A stretch of 64,000 nucleotides of DNA from an uncultured delta proteobacterium (GCA_963771465.1 CAVYTU010000015.1:800001-864000), one strand, 5' to 3'. Shown: positions 10,476 through 21,020, counted from the stretch's first letter. Numbers and translations are program-made. The notes: a model not told the origin generated them from the letters alone.

Positions 10476-11374
10476 GTCAAAACGGCGCGCGCCATTATCG
10501 GGTCGAACACTACACCGCGTACCGTTACTCGGAGCCAGTGATGCTATCGCATCAGCAGCTTCATCTGACGCCGCGGCCGCTGGACTACCAACCGATCCAA
10601 GACCATGAAGTGGCCATCAAACCGACGCCGACGCAACAGCGCAAAATGATCGACGCCTTCGGCAATCCAGTGACCGAGATCGCCATCGAAGCGGCGCACA
10701 CCACCTTGGATATCATCGCCCGAACGACCGTGGCGGTGGCGCAACGGCCGCTGATCGATCCAGCACAAACGCCTGCCTGGGAATCCGTTCGCGACGGCCT
10801 TGCCTACCGCGCCGGCTGGCATCCCGAGCCAGCGATGCTCGATGCCACGCACTTTCTGTTCGAATCCCCTTACGTGCGAGTGAAACGTACTCTTAGAGCC
10901 TATGCCGGCGATTGTTTTGAACCGGGCCGGCCGATACTGGAAGTGGCGACAGCGCTGATGGCGAAAATTCACGGCGAGTTTAAATTCGATGCGGCAGCGA
11001 CCAACGTCACCACGCCGGTGATGGAATTTTTCGAGCAGAAGCGCGGCGTGTGCCAGGACTTTACCCATTTGATGATCTCGTGCTTGCGTTCGAGCGGCTT
11101 GGCAGCGCGTTACGTGAGCGGCTATTTGCTCACGCGCCCGGCCCCCGGCAAGCCACCTCGCGCCGGCGCCGACGTGTCCCACGCGTGGGTATCACTATTT
11201 GTCCCTGGAAATGGCTGGATCGACTTCGACCCGACCAACAATGTTGTGCCATCGTGGGAGCATATCACCCTCGCATGGGGCCGCGACTTCTCCGACGTGA
11301 CGCCTTTGCGCGGTATCATCAACGGCGGCGGCGAGCAAACTCTGGAGGTCAAGGTGGCCGTCGAACCGCTCTAG
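10472..11374 (+). CDS. Transglutaminase-like protein with bacterial N-terminal domain
   Basis: YRVEHYTAYRY, GVCQDFTH, ARYVSGYL, SHAWVS, WIDFDPTN, WGRDFSDVTP; ATGA overlap with upstream gene. Confidence 0.9.
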   Translation: MSQNGARHYRVEHYTAYRYSEPVMLSHQQLHLTPRPLDYQPIQDHEVAIKPTPTQQRKMIDAFGNPVTEIAIEAAHTTLDIIARTTVAVAQRPLIDPAQTPAWESVRDGLAYRAGWHPEPAMLDATHFLFESPYVRVKRTLRAYAGDCFEPGRPILEVATALMAKIHGEFKFDAAATNVTTPVMEFFEQKRGVCQDFTHLMISCLRSSGLAARYVSGYLLTRPAPGKPPRAGADVSHAWVSLFVPGNGWIDFDPTNNVVPSWEHITLAWGRDFSDVTPLRGIINGGGEQTLEVKVAVEPL

Positions 11375-11419
11375 CAACTCATTGCGCCCTCGTTGCGCTC
11401 TCTACAGTGTGACCCCGCT

Positions 11420-12148
11420 CTACTGGGTCAGCGTCAGCAGAACATCGGCATACCAGGCGCAGTTGAGATCCAAGCGCTCGTCCTGAGCGACATCGCGGTC
11501 GGCCAAGTCCATGCGCGCCGAGTGCACGCCCAAGAGCATCCAGGCGAGTTCGCCGCGACCGGAACGCTCGGTCGTCATACGCGCGACGACGGGCGCACCG
11601 CTGGTACCGCGGTGCATTCTGGCGTCGGTCAAAAAATAGCCTTGGCCTTGGAAACGAATACCGAACGCGGAAGCGATTACCGCCTGGCGCGCCACCGGCA
11701 AGTGATGCAAGTTGTCATGAAACCCCAAGGGAAAACCGACGATCAGCACCGGCGTTCCCACTTCGACTTGATCCAATTCGGCGACCAGATGAGCCGGCGT
11801 AAAGGCTGACAGAACGATCGCCTCGGGCAATGCTGGTCGTTGAATCTCCACGGCGGCGACGTCGACGCTGCCGCCGGAGTCGACACTCTGGCGCCAAAGT
11901 GGTTGGTTTCCGCCGTACAGCGGCATCGACCACTGACACACCGCAGCTACGTTGTTGGAATCCATGTGCAGCTCGACGTCGAGCCGGTCCGGCCGGTGAT
12001 TGCTCGCCTCATCCAATACGACATGACGGCTGGTCACTAAAAATAACCGGTCATCGCGTTGGAAGAAAAAACCGGTGGCGCCGGTCAACGGCTTATCACC
12101 CAACATCGTCGAGACTCGGGTTACCGCCAACAGCAATGATTCGATCAA
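11420..12148 (-). CDS. Trypsin-like serine protease
   Basis: Triad motifs LVTSRHVV, DVAAV, GTSGAPV; probable TTG start at 12148 after AGGAG; no signal peptide seen. Confidence 0.8.
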   Translation of the reverse strand: MIESLLLAVTRVSTMLGDKPLTGATGFFFQRDDRLFLVTSRHVVLDEASNHRPDRLDVELHMDSNNVAAVCQWSMPLYGGNQPLWRQSVDSGGSVDVAAVEIQRPALPEAIVLSAFTPAHLVAELDQVEVGTPVLIVGFPLGFHDNLHHLPVARQAVIASAFGIRFQGQGYFLTDARMHRGTSGAPVVARMTTERSGRGELAWMLLGVHSARMDLADRDVAQDERLDLNCAWYADVLLTLTQ

Positions 12149-12526
12149 GCAAGTTCTCCTAAGCAATCCTGACTCTTGGACAAAATTAATTTTAGCGCAG
12201 ATTTTGCGATCGGTCATTGTATCCGCACGAGGAGTTTGTTTTGAATATCGACCCAATTGACTGAGTTCCGGAACAGCCAGCCAGACCGGGCTAAATAGTC
12301 AGAGAACCTCAGCCGCTCCCTTTCGTCATCAGCTTTATCGTTTCAAACCGGAGAAAGATACGCCGGCAACTATCCGTAGCATCCATGCGGAAACAGCATG
12401 ATCGAAAATGTGCCTTAGATAGGAGCGCCGATTGCTCGGCACGGCAGATTGGCGCGGACGTACAGCAGCGCTTCACACGACGCTGAGGGACCGATCTATA
12501 AAGACCTTTGAGCGGCTTGAGCTTGC

Positions 12527-12967
12527 TTAGGAAGCCAACGCCAACTCGATGTTTGACTGGCGCTGTGGGCTGATCTCTCCCGGCTTGACACCCGAAACAT
12601 TTTCCTCCTTGTAACGCACCAGCATGCGCCGGATGTAGCCCGGGTCAATGTTGAGAATCCCGCACACGTTGTAAAGACTGAAGACGCCGTGATCGTCACC
12701 GCTGAAAAACCATTCCTCCGCTTCGCGGTAGCTTCTCTTTTTGTGCCGGTTCACAGTAAAACAATCAGTAGTGTAGCAATCGATGGCGTCGCGCAGCACC
12801 GCCGCCATTAATCTTCGCTCCGGTGTGTAATTCGGCTTGCCTTGATAGACGTGCAAATATTCGTGCATGCAGAGCACGTCGTTTTGGCCGAACCAGCGTT
12901 GCGTTTCCTCCTTAGAGTATGGGTCATCGCCGCTCTGTTGATTTGCCACGTAATCTTTCTGCATCAT
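12527..12967 (-). CDS. Conserved hypothetical protein
   Basis: GGAGGGG RBS before ATG; motifs PERRLMAAVLRDAIDCY, EAEEWFFS, FSLYNVCGILNIDPGYIRR look like a real globular family. Confidence 0.7.
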   Translation of the reverse strand: MMQKDYVANQQSGDDPYSKEETQRWFGQNDVLCMHEYLHVYQGKPNYTPERRLMAAVLRDAIDCYTTDCFTVNRHKKRSYREAEEWFFSGDDHGVFSLYNVCGILNIDPGYIRRMLVRYKEENVSGVKPGEISPQRQSNIELALAS

Positions 12968-13322
12968 GATTCCCCTCCCAGGCCTCTTACATGCGCCACA
13001 GGATCGCACCGCGGACCAGCGTATCTCTGTGGAGTCGGCAGTTATTCGTAAACATGCCGCAACTCCATCGCTGAGCAACTCTTATACCGACAATCGATGC
13101 GCCGGCTGACTATCGGTAAGTTCCTGGAAAAGCTCGATTGGAAGTTGAAGGCGATTTCGAAAAGAGAAGGAAAATCAGAAAGGCTGTCCGAAAATTACTT
13201 ACACTAAATAACTACAACGCGATCGTTCTTGTGCGCCAATCGCGCGACAAGCACCGAGAGCGCCAACACTAGAATTATATTTCCAATAATCGCTGCACCG
13301 CGAAATGACCTCTGCTCCTTTG

Positions 13323-14018
13323 CTACTTCTTCCGCCGCCTCTGCCCGAACAATATCTTCTTACCCTCTTCGGTCATCCCCGCGGAGCCGACGTTAATAGT
13401 TTTCGCGAGGTCGTAGGCGCGCTGCACCGCCGGTCGCTTTTGAATCGTCTCAAACCAGCGCTTCAGGTAGGGAAACTCGTTGAGATCCTGGCCCTGCCGT
13501 TCGTGCAGCACGATCCACGGATAACAGGCCATGTCGGCGATTGAGTAATCACCGGCGACGAACTCGCGGTCTTCCAGCCGCTCATCAAGCACGCCGTAAA
13601 GCCGCTCGGTTTCTTTCGTGTAGCGTTCGATGGCGTAGGTGATTTTCTCGGCGCTATAATTTCGGAAGTGATGATTCTGTCCGAGCATCGGGCCGAGCCC
13701 GCCCATTTGCCAGAACAGCCACTGCATCACTTCCGTGCGCCCGCGCACGTCGCTCGGCAAATAGGCGCTGGCTTTGGTCGCGAGATATTCGAGGATCGCG
13801 CCGGATTCAAAAATGCTCAACGGCTCGCCTTCGTCCGCCGGCTCATGATCGACGATCGCCGGAATCCGATTATTCGGCGAGATTTTTAGAAACTCCGGGT
13901 TGAACTGTTCGCCCTTGCCGATGTTCACCGGCTTGATCGAATAAAGCAGCCCCGTCTCTTCGAGAAAGATCGTGATCTTGTGCCCGTTGGGCGTCGTCCA
14001 GTAGTAGAGATCTATCAT
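13323..14018 (-). CDS. Glutathione S-transferase family, YfcG/YghU-like GSH-dependent disulfide oxidoreductase
   Basis: MIDLYYWTTPNGHK, SPNNRIPAIVD, FESGAIL, WLFWQMGGLGPMLGQ; GGAGG RBS. Confidence 0.9.
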   Translation of the reverse strand: MIDLYYWTTPNGHKITIFLEETGLLYSIKPVNIGKGEQFNPEFLKISPNNRIPAIVDHEPADEGEPLSIFESGAILEYLATKASAYLPSDVRGRTEVMQWLFWQMGGLGPMLGQNHHFRNYSAEKITYAIERYTKETERLYGVLDERLEDREFVAGDYSIADMACYPWIVLHERQGQDLNEFPYLKRWFETIQKRPAVQRAYDLAKTINVGSAGMTEEGKKILFGQRRRKK

Positions 14019-14121
14019 TGTTCCTCCAAAGAAGGCTTGAGTAATACAATACGAAAGCTGGCGACCCTCCATCCCTCCGATCTGTCAGCGGAAGTGATCA
14101 CCTTTATTTTTACTCTCATGC

Positions 14122-15132
14122 CTACTTGCCGTATACCCGATCGATAAATCCGTCCTTTTCCAATTCGCGCACGACGCTGTCGTCGATCAGACTGTCAACC
14201 GTCACCTTGCTACCCGGCGTTTGCTTTAAGGCGTCGTCGAGCTGGATTTTCATACCTTCACGTGTCGTGTACGGGACACGCTCCAGGATCTTTGCCGTCG
14301 ACTCGTAGGAGCTGTCCAGATACGCCTTGTTCGCGCCGCGTAGATATTTGGCAACGACTCTTTGCGTACCCTCTCTATTGGTCTTGAAATAGTGTGACGC
14401 TTCGATCAGCGACATCATGACTCTGCGCACCACCGAACGATTTTTCGCCAGGTAGCTTTTGGTCGTCACCGCGCAGATAAACGGCAATGGGTAAGGCGTT
14501 TTGAGGTCCGACATATTCGCCAGAATGCGATGCGGCAGCCCGCCTGGAATGAGATGGACATTTCCGGGCGGTGATGGGAATCCCGCGATCAGGCCGCGGC
14601 TGAATCCGGCAGCGCGCTCCGAGGCGCCGCCCACTTGCAGGATCTTCACATCTTCCATCGCCCGCAATCCCAATCCTTTTAGTAATTCACGCGCAGCCAC
14701 GTCGGAGACGCTGCCGAAGCGGCTGATGCCGATCGACTTGCCTTTTAGGTCTTCAGCGGTTTTGATGCTGTCGAGAACCACCAACTCATAGGCCAAAGCA
14801 TTGATCGTGCAGCCGACGCTCACTGTGTCTGCGCCGCGCACGTTGGCGTTGGCGACACCACTACCCGCCGCGTTACCGATTTGAATGTCCTGGGCGATGA
14901 TCGCCGAGATGCCGATGGTGGTGCTGCCGATATAAACCAGCTCGACGTCGAGACCATTTTTTTTGTAAAGGCCTATCTCTTGCGGGATGGTCCAGATTTG
15001 ATTGAGCGTATCGGTCGAACTATAGGCAATCTTGATCTTGTCCTGCGATCGCGCGATGCCCGCCGAGATCATGCTCAGCAAGACAGAAACAAGAATCAAG
15101 AATTTTCGCCGCCTGTAACAGTTGCCCTTCAT
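14122..15132 (-). CDS. ABC substrate-binding protein, SsuA/NMT1-like
   Basis: Signal peptide, GLYKKNGLDVELV, DLKGKSIGISRFGS, VGGASER. Confidence 0.85.
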   Translation of the reverse strand: MKGNCYRRRKFLILVSVLLSMISAGIARSQDKIKIAYSSTDTLNQIWTIPQEIGLYKKNGLDVELVYIGSTTIGISAIIAQDIQIGNAAGSGVANANVRGADTVSVGCTINALAYELVVLDSIKTAEDLKGKSIGISRFGSVSDVAARELLKGLGLRAMEDVKILQVGGASERAAGFSRGLIAGFPSPPGNVHLIPGGLPHRILANMSDLKTPYPLPFICAVTTKSYLAKNRSVVRRVMMSLIEASHYFKTNREGTQRVVAKYLRGANKAYLDSSYESTAKILERVPYTTREGMKIQLDDALKQTPGSKVTVDSLIDDSVVRELEKDGFIDRVYGK

Positions 15133-15215
15133 AATCCCTCCTGCCATTGCGCCAAGTCGAAGACGGGCATCGCGTGCGGTGCCCGTGCATGGCTGTTCCC
15201 TATTGCCAGAGCTGC

Positions 15216-17456
15216 CTAACGCCTGCCTTGCAGCGCCGCATAAACCTTCTCGGCCGAGACCGGTGTGTCGAATATCCGCACGCCGCAAGCATCCTGCACA
15301 GCGTTGGCGATCGCCGCCGGCGGTGTAACGTTGGCGTGTTCGCCTATGCCTTTGGCTTCGTACGGTCCAGGACCGTTGTTGCCTTTAACCAGTACGGTTG
15401 TGAATTTTGGAATGTCGACAATGTTGGGAATCTTATATTCGCCGAGATTGGTCGTCGTCACCTTGCCCTGGTCGTCGAGTAGCTCTTCCATCAAGCCTGA
15501 GCCGATCGCCATGATCGCTTCACCGTCGATCTGACCCTGATGGCCAAGCGGATTGATAATCGTGCCGACGTCATGGGCGCTGACGAATTTAGTCAATTTC
15601 ACCCTGCCGGTTTCGCGATCGACTTCGACCTCGGCGACTTGGGCGATGAACGATGTCGACGAACCTTTGCGCGCCACTTCAGTTTCTATACTGACGGCCA
15701 TCGGCGCGTTCGTCGAATTCACCACCTCACTCAATGTCAACAACTTGCGTCTGCTTCCCTTGCTGGAAAATTTGCCTGACTCGTAAACCACTTGATCTTC
15801 CGCGCAGCTGAGCAGAGTCGCCGCTTGGCCGTTGAGTTTTTTGCGCAGCTCAGCCGAAGCTTGAAACGCCGCGGCGCTGTTAATATTGGTCGAGCGGCTG
15901 CCGCCGAAACCGACATCGACGCTATAGGAAACATCCGCGGTGTTGCCGATGCGGCAGCGCACCTGGTCGTAGGGTACTTGCATTTCCGTGGCGACGGTTT
16001 GACAAAGAACGGTTTGCAAGCCCGTTCCCTGATCGCCGGCGACGGTGAACACGGTCAAACTACCGTCGAGTTCAGCGGTTAGGTTGACCCAAACTTTGCC
16101 GGCGCCCGTGCCACGTTCATACATCGCCACGCCGCGGCCGACGTTGGGTCGTTTTGGTGATTTCCAATCCGCCGCATCGAGCGCGGCCGTTAACGTTTCT
16201 TTCGCCTTCACGCCGGTCCAGGATCTGCCCAGCGCATTTACTTCGCCTTCGCCGACCAGATTCATCATGCGAAACTTCGCCGGGTCCATTTTCAATTCTT
16301 TGGCGATGAGATCCATATGCGACTCAGAAGCGAACACTGCTTGGATCGCGCCCGGCGCGCGCCAGAAACCGCAGGGCACCGTGTTGGTGTAAACCTGCAA
16401 AGCTTCCATGTAACTGTTGTCGATCTTGTACGGCGTCGCCGAGCCAGCGCCGCCGATGCTGGCGCGCCCCGGCTTCATGCCGGCGTAGGCGCCGGTGCCG
16501 TGGATCGCTTGCAAGTAGCGCGCGGTCATTCGACCGTCGCGTTTCACGCCGGTCTTCACTTTGACCACGGTGTAGTGATCGGGATTCATCGCCGTCAACT
16601 CTTCGCTGTGAGTCAATACGATCTTCACCGGCCGCTTGGCCTGTTTGGCGAGAAAATAACAGATCGGCAACTCGCCCGCGCCGCTCTTGCCGCCGAAGTC
16701 GGCGCCGACGTGCACCGCTTGCAGATGAATCTGTTTCGGCGGAATACCCACCGCCTTGGCGAACTGGCCGCGCGTGCCAAACGGACCTTTGGTCGACGCC
16801 CACGCATTGACCGTGCCGTCGTCATCGATCTTGACGAGAAAAGACTGCGGCTCGAGATAACCTTGATGATGGATCGGCATGCGAAAAGTATGCTCCAACA
16901 CCAGATCGGCTTCGGCGAAGCCCTTTTCGATATCGCCTTTGCCGAAGGTCAGTTTGTTAAGCACGTTGCCGCCCGCCGGCGCCATGATGTCCGCCGGCGC
17001 GCCGTCGTAGGCGGGCGCGTTATCGTGCAACACGGGCGCATTGGGCTTCATCGCTTCAAGCACGTCGAAAACTGCGGGCAACTCTTCGTACTCGACGTCG
17101 ATTAAATGAATCGCTTCTTCGGCTGCGTCCTTGTCCTCGGCCGCCACCGCCGCGACCCGGTCGCCGATGAAGCGCACCTTATCCCAGCAGAGCACCGGAA
17201 TATCGCGAATGCTTTTGCCCTGATAATGCTCGGGTTCATCTTTGCCGGTGACGATCGCTTTCACGCCGGCAACTTTCCACGCTTTGGAAGTATCGATACT
17301 TTTGATCCGCGCATGGGGATACGGACTGCGCAAAATCTTGCCCCACAGCGCGTCGGGAAAATGCACGTCCGCGCCGTAGGTCGCCTGGCCACTGACTTTG
17401 TCCGCGCCCTCTACCCGTCCAACCGCTGCGCCGATGATTGAAGCCGTCTTCGCCAT
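15216..17456 (-). CDS. Xanthine dehydrogenase family molybdopterin-binding (large) subunit
   Basis: ILRSPYPHARI, VRFIGDRVAAV, VGADFGGK, WRAPGAIQ, GDQGTG, GQIDG, AKGIGE; start at ATG 17456 after AAGGAG. Confidence 0.9.
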   Translation of the reverse strand: MAKTASIIGAAVGRVEGADKVSGQATYGADVHFPDALWGKILRSPYPHARIKSIDTSKAWKVAGVKAIVTGKDEPEHYQGKSIRDIPVLCWDKVRFIGDRVAAVAAEDKDAAEEAIHLIDVEYEELPAVFDVLEAMKPNAPVLHDNAPAYDGAPADIMAPAGGNVLNKLTFGKGDIEKGFAEADLVLEHTFRMPIHHQGYLEPQSFLVKIDDDGTVNAWASTKGPFGTRGQFAKAVGIPPKQIHLQAVHVGADFGGKSGAGELPICYFLAKQAKRPVKIVLTHSEELTAMNPDHYTVVKVKTGVKRDGRMTARYLQAIHGTGAYAGMKPGRASIGGAGSATPYKIDNSYMEALQVYTNTVPCGFWRAPGAIQAVFASESHMDLIAKELKMDPAKFRMMNLVGEGEVNALGRSWTGVKAKETLTAALDAADWKSPKRPNVGRGVAMYERGTGAGKVWVNLTAELDGSLTVFTVAGDQGTGLQTVLCQTVATEMQVPYDQVRCRIGNTADVSYSVDVGFGGSRSTNINSAAAFQASAELRKKLNGQAATLLSCAEDQVVYESGKFSSKGSRRKLLTLSEVVNSTNAPMAVSIETEVARKGSSTSFIAQVAEVEVDRETGRVKLTKFVSAHDVGTIINPLGHQGQIDGEAIMAIGSGLMEELLDDQGKVTTTNLGEYKIPNIVDIPKFTTVLVKGNNGPGPYEAKGIGEHANVTPPAAIANAVQDACGVRIFDTPVSAEKVYAALQGRR

Positions 17457-17524
17457 CTTTAACTTCTCCTTTGACCTCGTTATGCTATGGTTTTTGTTGA
17501 CGTATCTTAATCTGATCGTGAATC

Positions 17525-18115
17525 GTGAATTCTGAACATTCGGCCCACTGCCGCGCCTGTAAAGAGCGTGTGGGCGAATTGCTAACCGCCATCTACGGCG
17601 CCTGCGGCGCAAACCACCAGTTTCCCTGGCCGTCTCACACACAAAACTACGCGAACACGGCTATTGGAAATAGGCTGGAGCAAATCCGTAACGCGCTCGG
17701 GGACTGGCGCGGCCACCGCGATTTTATAAAAAGCGCGCAAATGCCGCCTTGCGACTACTTCATACCCGACCCGCCTTTTATCGTAGAATTCGACGAGAAC
17801 CAACACTTTTCTCGCGCCCGTTTGCTCACCCTAAACAATTATCCGGCGAATGCTCAACTGGGCTTCCCTATTCCCCGTTGGCGCGAGCTTTGCCGCGAGA
17901 TCGACGCCAGGGACGACAAACCATTTGACCGCGATGAGCGGCGCGCCTGGTACGACGTCCTGCGCGATTGGGTTCCGAAAATCCACGGTTTCAATCCAAC
18001 CGTTCGGCTGTACGCAGGCGAATTTGACTGGTGTACGCTCGCCGCCGCTTCAACCACAGGAACCGAGCGATTTATGGCTTGGATCGGGGACCGGTTGCCG
18101 GATCGGATTCGCTAG
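17525..18115 (+). CDS. Hypothetical protein, probable PD-(D/E)xK-like nuclease fold
   Basis: PPCDYFIPDPPFIVEFDENQHF followed by RDERRAWYDVLRD, resembling Vsr/DUF559-like endonucleases; GTG start uncertain. Confidence 0.55.
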   Translation: MNSEHSAHCRACKERVGELLTAIYGACGANHQFPWPSHTQNYANTAIGNRLEQIRNALGDWRGHRDFIKSAQMPPCDYFIPDPPFIVEFDENQHFSRARLLTLNNYPANAQLGFPIPRWRELCREIDARDDKPFDRDERRAWYDVLRDWVPKIHGFNPTVRLYAGEFDWCTLAAASTTGTERFMAWIGDRLPDRIR

Positions 18116-18365
18116 AACCGATGGCTCAGGACATGGATGGAACCGCGCCGCGCACCACCCGGCTCACCGGAATGTCACGATATCACTAAACAATTTCAGG
18201 ATGCACGACGAAAGCTTTCAATTGCGCCGCCGGCCAGCGAAGACTTTCTGCGCTTCGTTCGTATCATCGATTAACGGAGCAGTTTATGGAGCACGTTGGC
18301 TCCTGAGATGGATGATGTATGATCGAAACGATCCACCACACGTTTAAAGTTGTCAGAAGCATACT

Positions 18366-18920
18366 ATGCCCGCGCCGTGGCCTGAGAAAGACGATCATGA
18401 ACTGCTTGCGTTGGTTCAGAGCGGCAGCCACCCGGCCTTTGCCGAGCTGGTTCAGCGCCACACTGCGCGTTTTTACCGGCTCGCCTTTCGCTATCTGCAA
18501 AACAAAGAGGCAGCGGAGGACATGGTTCAGGACGCGTTTCTCAAACTATGGGAAGATCCGGGCAAATGGCAGGCCGATCGAAATACGAAGTTTACCACCT
18601 GGTTTTATCGGGTCGTGGTGAATCTATGCCTGGATTGGCAGAAACGAAAACGACCGCTAGCGATCAACGAAGAAATGCCCTTGGCCGACGAACGGGAGTC
18701 TGTGGATCAAACCATGCTGCGCGACGAGGAGCAAAGAATTTTGGAGCAGGAAATTGCCGCCCTGCCGGAGCGTCAACGGACGGCGTTGAATCTCTGCTTC
18801 GACGAAGGCTTGAGCAATCAGGACGCCGCTGACGCCATGGGCGTAAACTTGAAAGCACTGCAGTCGCTAATCATGCGCGCCAAGACCACGTTGAAAGAAC
18901 GTATGAAAAATTATCTGTGA
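18366..18920 (+). CDS. ECF sigma-70 factor
   Basis: Region 2 AEDMVQDAFLKLW, FTTWFYRVVVNLCLD; region 4 LPERQRTALNL...SNQDAADAMG...SLIMRAK. Confidence 0.92.
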   Translation: MPAPWPEKDDHELLALVQSGSHPAFAELVQRHTARFYRLAFRYLQNKEAAEDMVQDAFLKLWEDPGKWQADRNTKFTTWFYRVVVNLCLDWQKRKRPLAINEEMPLADERESVDQTMLRDEEQRILEQEIAALPERQRTALNLCFDEGLSNQDAADAMGVNLKALQSLIMRAKTTLKERMKNYL

Positions 18921-18927
18921 GGATCGT

Positions 18928-19242
18928 ATGAGCGAAAACCAAGACGAAAAATTAGACCAGATGCTGCGTTCACGACGCATCGAACCGGCGCACCGTGATC
19001 TCGCGGCGCGAATTATTCTCAAGGCGCAAACCGTGCCGCAGGTGCAAAATCTTTCGCTCTGGCAGGCGGTGCGCCAATTGTTCGCCGAATTTCACCTGCC
19101 GCAACCGGGCTACGTGCTCGCCACCGCCCTGGTTTTGGGTATGATGCTGGGGTTCAGCACGGCACCGGACAATGCTCAGATGAGCGACGCCGGTTCTGTG
19201 ACCGCGCAGAGTTACATCGCCAGCGACGAGGAGTTGTTATGA
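18928..19242 (+). CDS. Putative membrane anti-sigma factor
   Basis: Directly after ECF sigma; single TM helix (GYVLATALVLGMMLGF). Confidence 0.7.
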   Translation: MSENQDEKLDQMLRSRRIEPAHRDLAARIILKAQTVPQVQNLSLWQAVRQLFAEFHLPQPGYVLATALVLGMMLGFSTAPDNAQMSDAGSVTAQSYIASDEELL

Positions 19243-19676
19243 GCCAGAAAACTAAACTGGCGTTTATTGCGTCGATAGTTTTAAACGTGCTTCTGGTCGG
19301 CGTGCTGCTCGGACAATCGCCGCGCCGTTTCGAGCGCGGCGCCATGCGAGAGCAGCGCATGGAACAGGCGATCAAAGACATGCCCGAAGCATCACAGAAA
19401 CGCATTCGAGACAGATTTCAGCAACTTCGCGCCGCCGCCGAGCCGCTATTCAACCAAATGCGCCAGGTTCAAGATGAAGCAGCGCGGCTCCTTGGCGCCG
19501 AGCCCTTCGACGAAGCCGCGTTCGACGGACAGCAAGCCAAGATCAACGAATTGCGCGCCAATATGACAAAGAAATTATCCGAAGTGGTTAAAAATACCGT
19601 CAAAGACCTGACCCCCGAGGAACGGCGCCGTTTTGCCGATCTTTTGCGCCGCCCATCGCCAGCGGCCCAAACGTAG
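19239..19676 (+). CDS. Periplasmic heavy-metal sensor / Spy-CpxP-like protein
   Basis: N-terminal TM SIVLNVLLVG, helical body, AEPFDEAAF, LTPEERRRF motif. Confidence 0.8.
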   Translation: MSQKTKLAFIASIVLNVLLVGVLLGQSPRRFERGAMREQRMEQAIKDMPEASQKRIRDRFQQLRAAAEPLFNQMRQVQDEAARLLGAEPFDEAAFDGQQAKINELRANMTKKLSEVVKNTVKDLTPEERRRFADLLRRPSPAAQT

Positions 19677-19705
19677 AATTCCCCACAAAAACGCTCATTT
19701 CCAAT

Positions 19706-19733
19706 AGCGCCGGCAATCCCGGCGCTTTTTTTT
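19706..19733 (+). terminator. Rho-independent terminator
   Basis: AGCGCCGG-CAATC-CCGGCGCT followed by a T run. Confidence 0.85.
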
Positions 19734-19806
19734 CGCCCGCTGCGGAGATTTAGGTTGGCTAGGTCGTATTAACAGTTAACAATCGCCCATACGAAGGGAA
19801 AACTCT

Positions 19807-21020
19807 ATGAAATGGCTTAAGACAGCGCGCAACAAAATTATCGCCGGCATCACCGTCTTGGGGCTCACCGCCGGCGGCTGGTATTGGTACGCCAGCATAG
19901 CGCAAAGCTCGCAAGGCGAAGCGGTTCAGCCGATCACTGTGAGCCGCGGCAACATCGAAGAAGTCGTCACCTCCCAGGGCAAGCTCGAAGCCAAGCAGTA
20001 CGTCGACGTCGGCACCCAGGTTTCCGGCCAGCTAAAAGCCATCCACGTTGATATCGGCGATACGGTGACCAAAGGCCAACTACTCGCCGAGATCGATCCA
20101 CGCGTTTACCAGGCTCAGGTCGAAGCTGGGGAAGCCAAGCTAAATAGTTTGCGTGCTCAGCTAAACCAGCAGAAGGCCGAGGCGGTTTTGGCCGAACAGA
20201 ATCTCAAACGCAATCAAAATCTGATCGCCGTCAATGCCGTCAGCCAGCAGGCTTTGCAGGAGACCGAATCCCAGGTCGCAGTCGCCAAAGCCCAAGTCGA
20301 TTCGATTGCGGCGCAAATGCAGGAAACCGAGTCCAATCTAAAAGCGAGCCGAACCAATCTCAGTTACACAAAAATTTACGCGCCCATGGCCGGCACGGTA
20401 ACGACGTTGCCGACCAAAGAAGGACAGACATTGAACGCCAATCAGACCGCGCCGACGGTTTTGCAGATTGCCAGTCTCGATCTCATGACCGTGCGCGCCC
20501 AGGTCGCTGAGGCGGATGTGAGCCGAATCAAAGCCAACATGCCGGCCTATTTCACGACGCTCGGCAACAGCGAGCGGCGCTGGCCAGGCACGGTGCGGCA
20601 AGTATTGCCGACGCCGCAAATCGTCAATGACGTAGTGCTCTACGATGTCTTGATCGACGTGAAAAACGAAGGCCGAAAGCTTATGACCGGCATGACAACC
20701 CAGGTATTTTTCATCTTCGGCAAGGCGGAAAATGCCTTGATCGTACCCGCCGAGGTGCTCACGCGCCGCGCCGCGCGCGAAGACAACGACAAAGGCAAAG
20801 CCTATCGCGTCGCAGTGATCACGGCAAAAGGCCGCGAGCAGCGCGTCATTCACGTCGGACTGCAAAGCCGCACTCAGGCGGAAGTCGTCGACGGACTCAA
20901 CGAAGGTGAACGGATCGCCGTCAATCGTCCCGCCGGCGCCGCTAACCGGACCGCCGGTCAAGGCAATAATCCGCAGCGCGGTGCCGCCAATCAGCCGCGC
21001 TTGAACCGAGGACCACAGCT

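Noticed and set aside
18116-18365. Possible ncRNA or riboswitch in the intergenic region before the ECF sigma (also 12150-12520, 29935-30278)
   Set aside because: No recognisable riboswitch, tRNA or strong structure by eye; needs an Rfam scan
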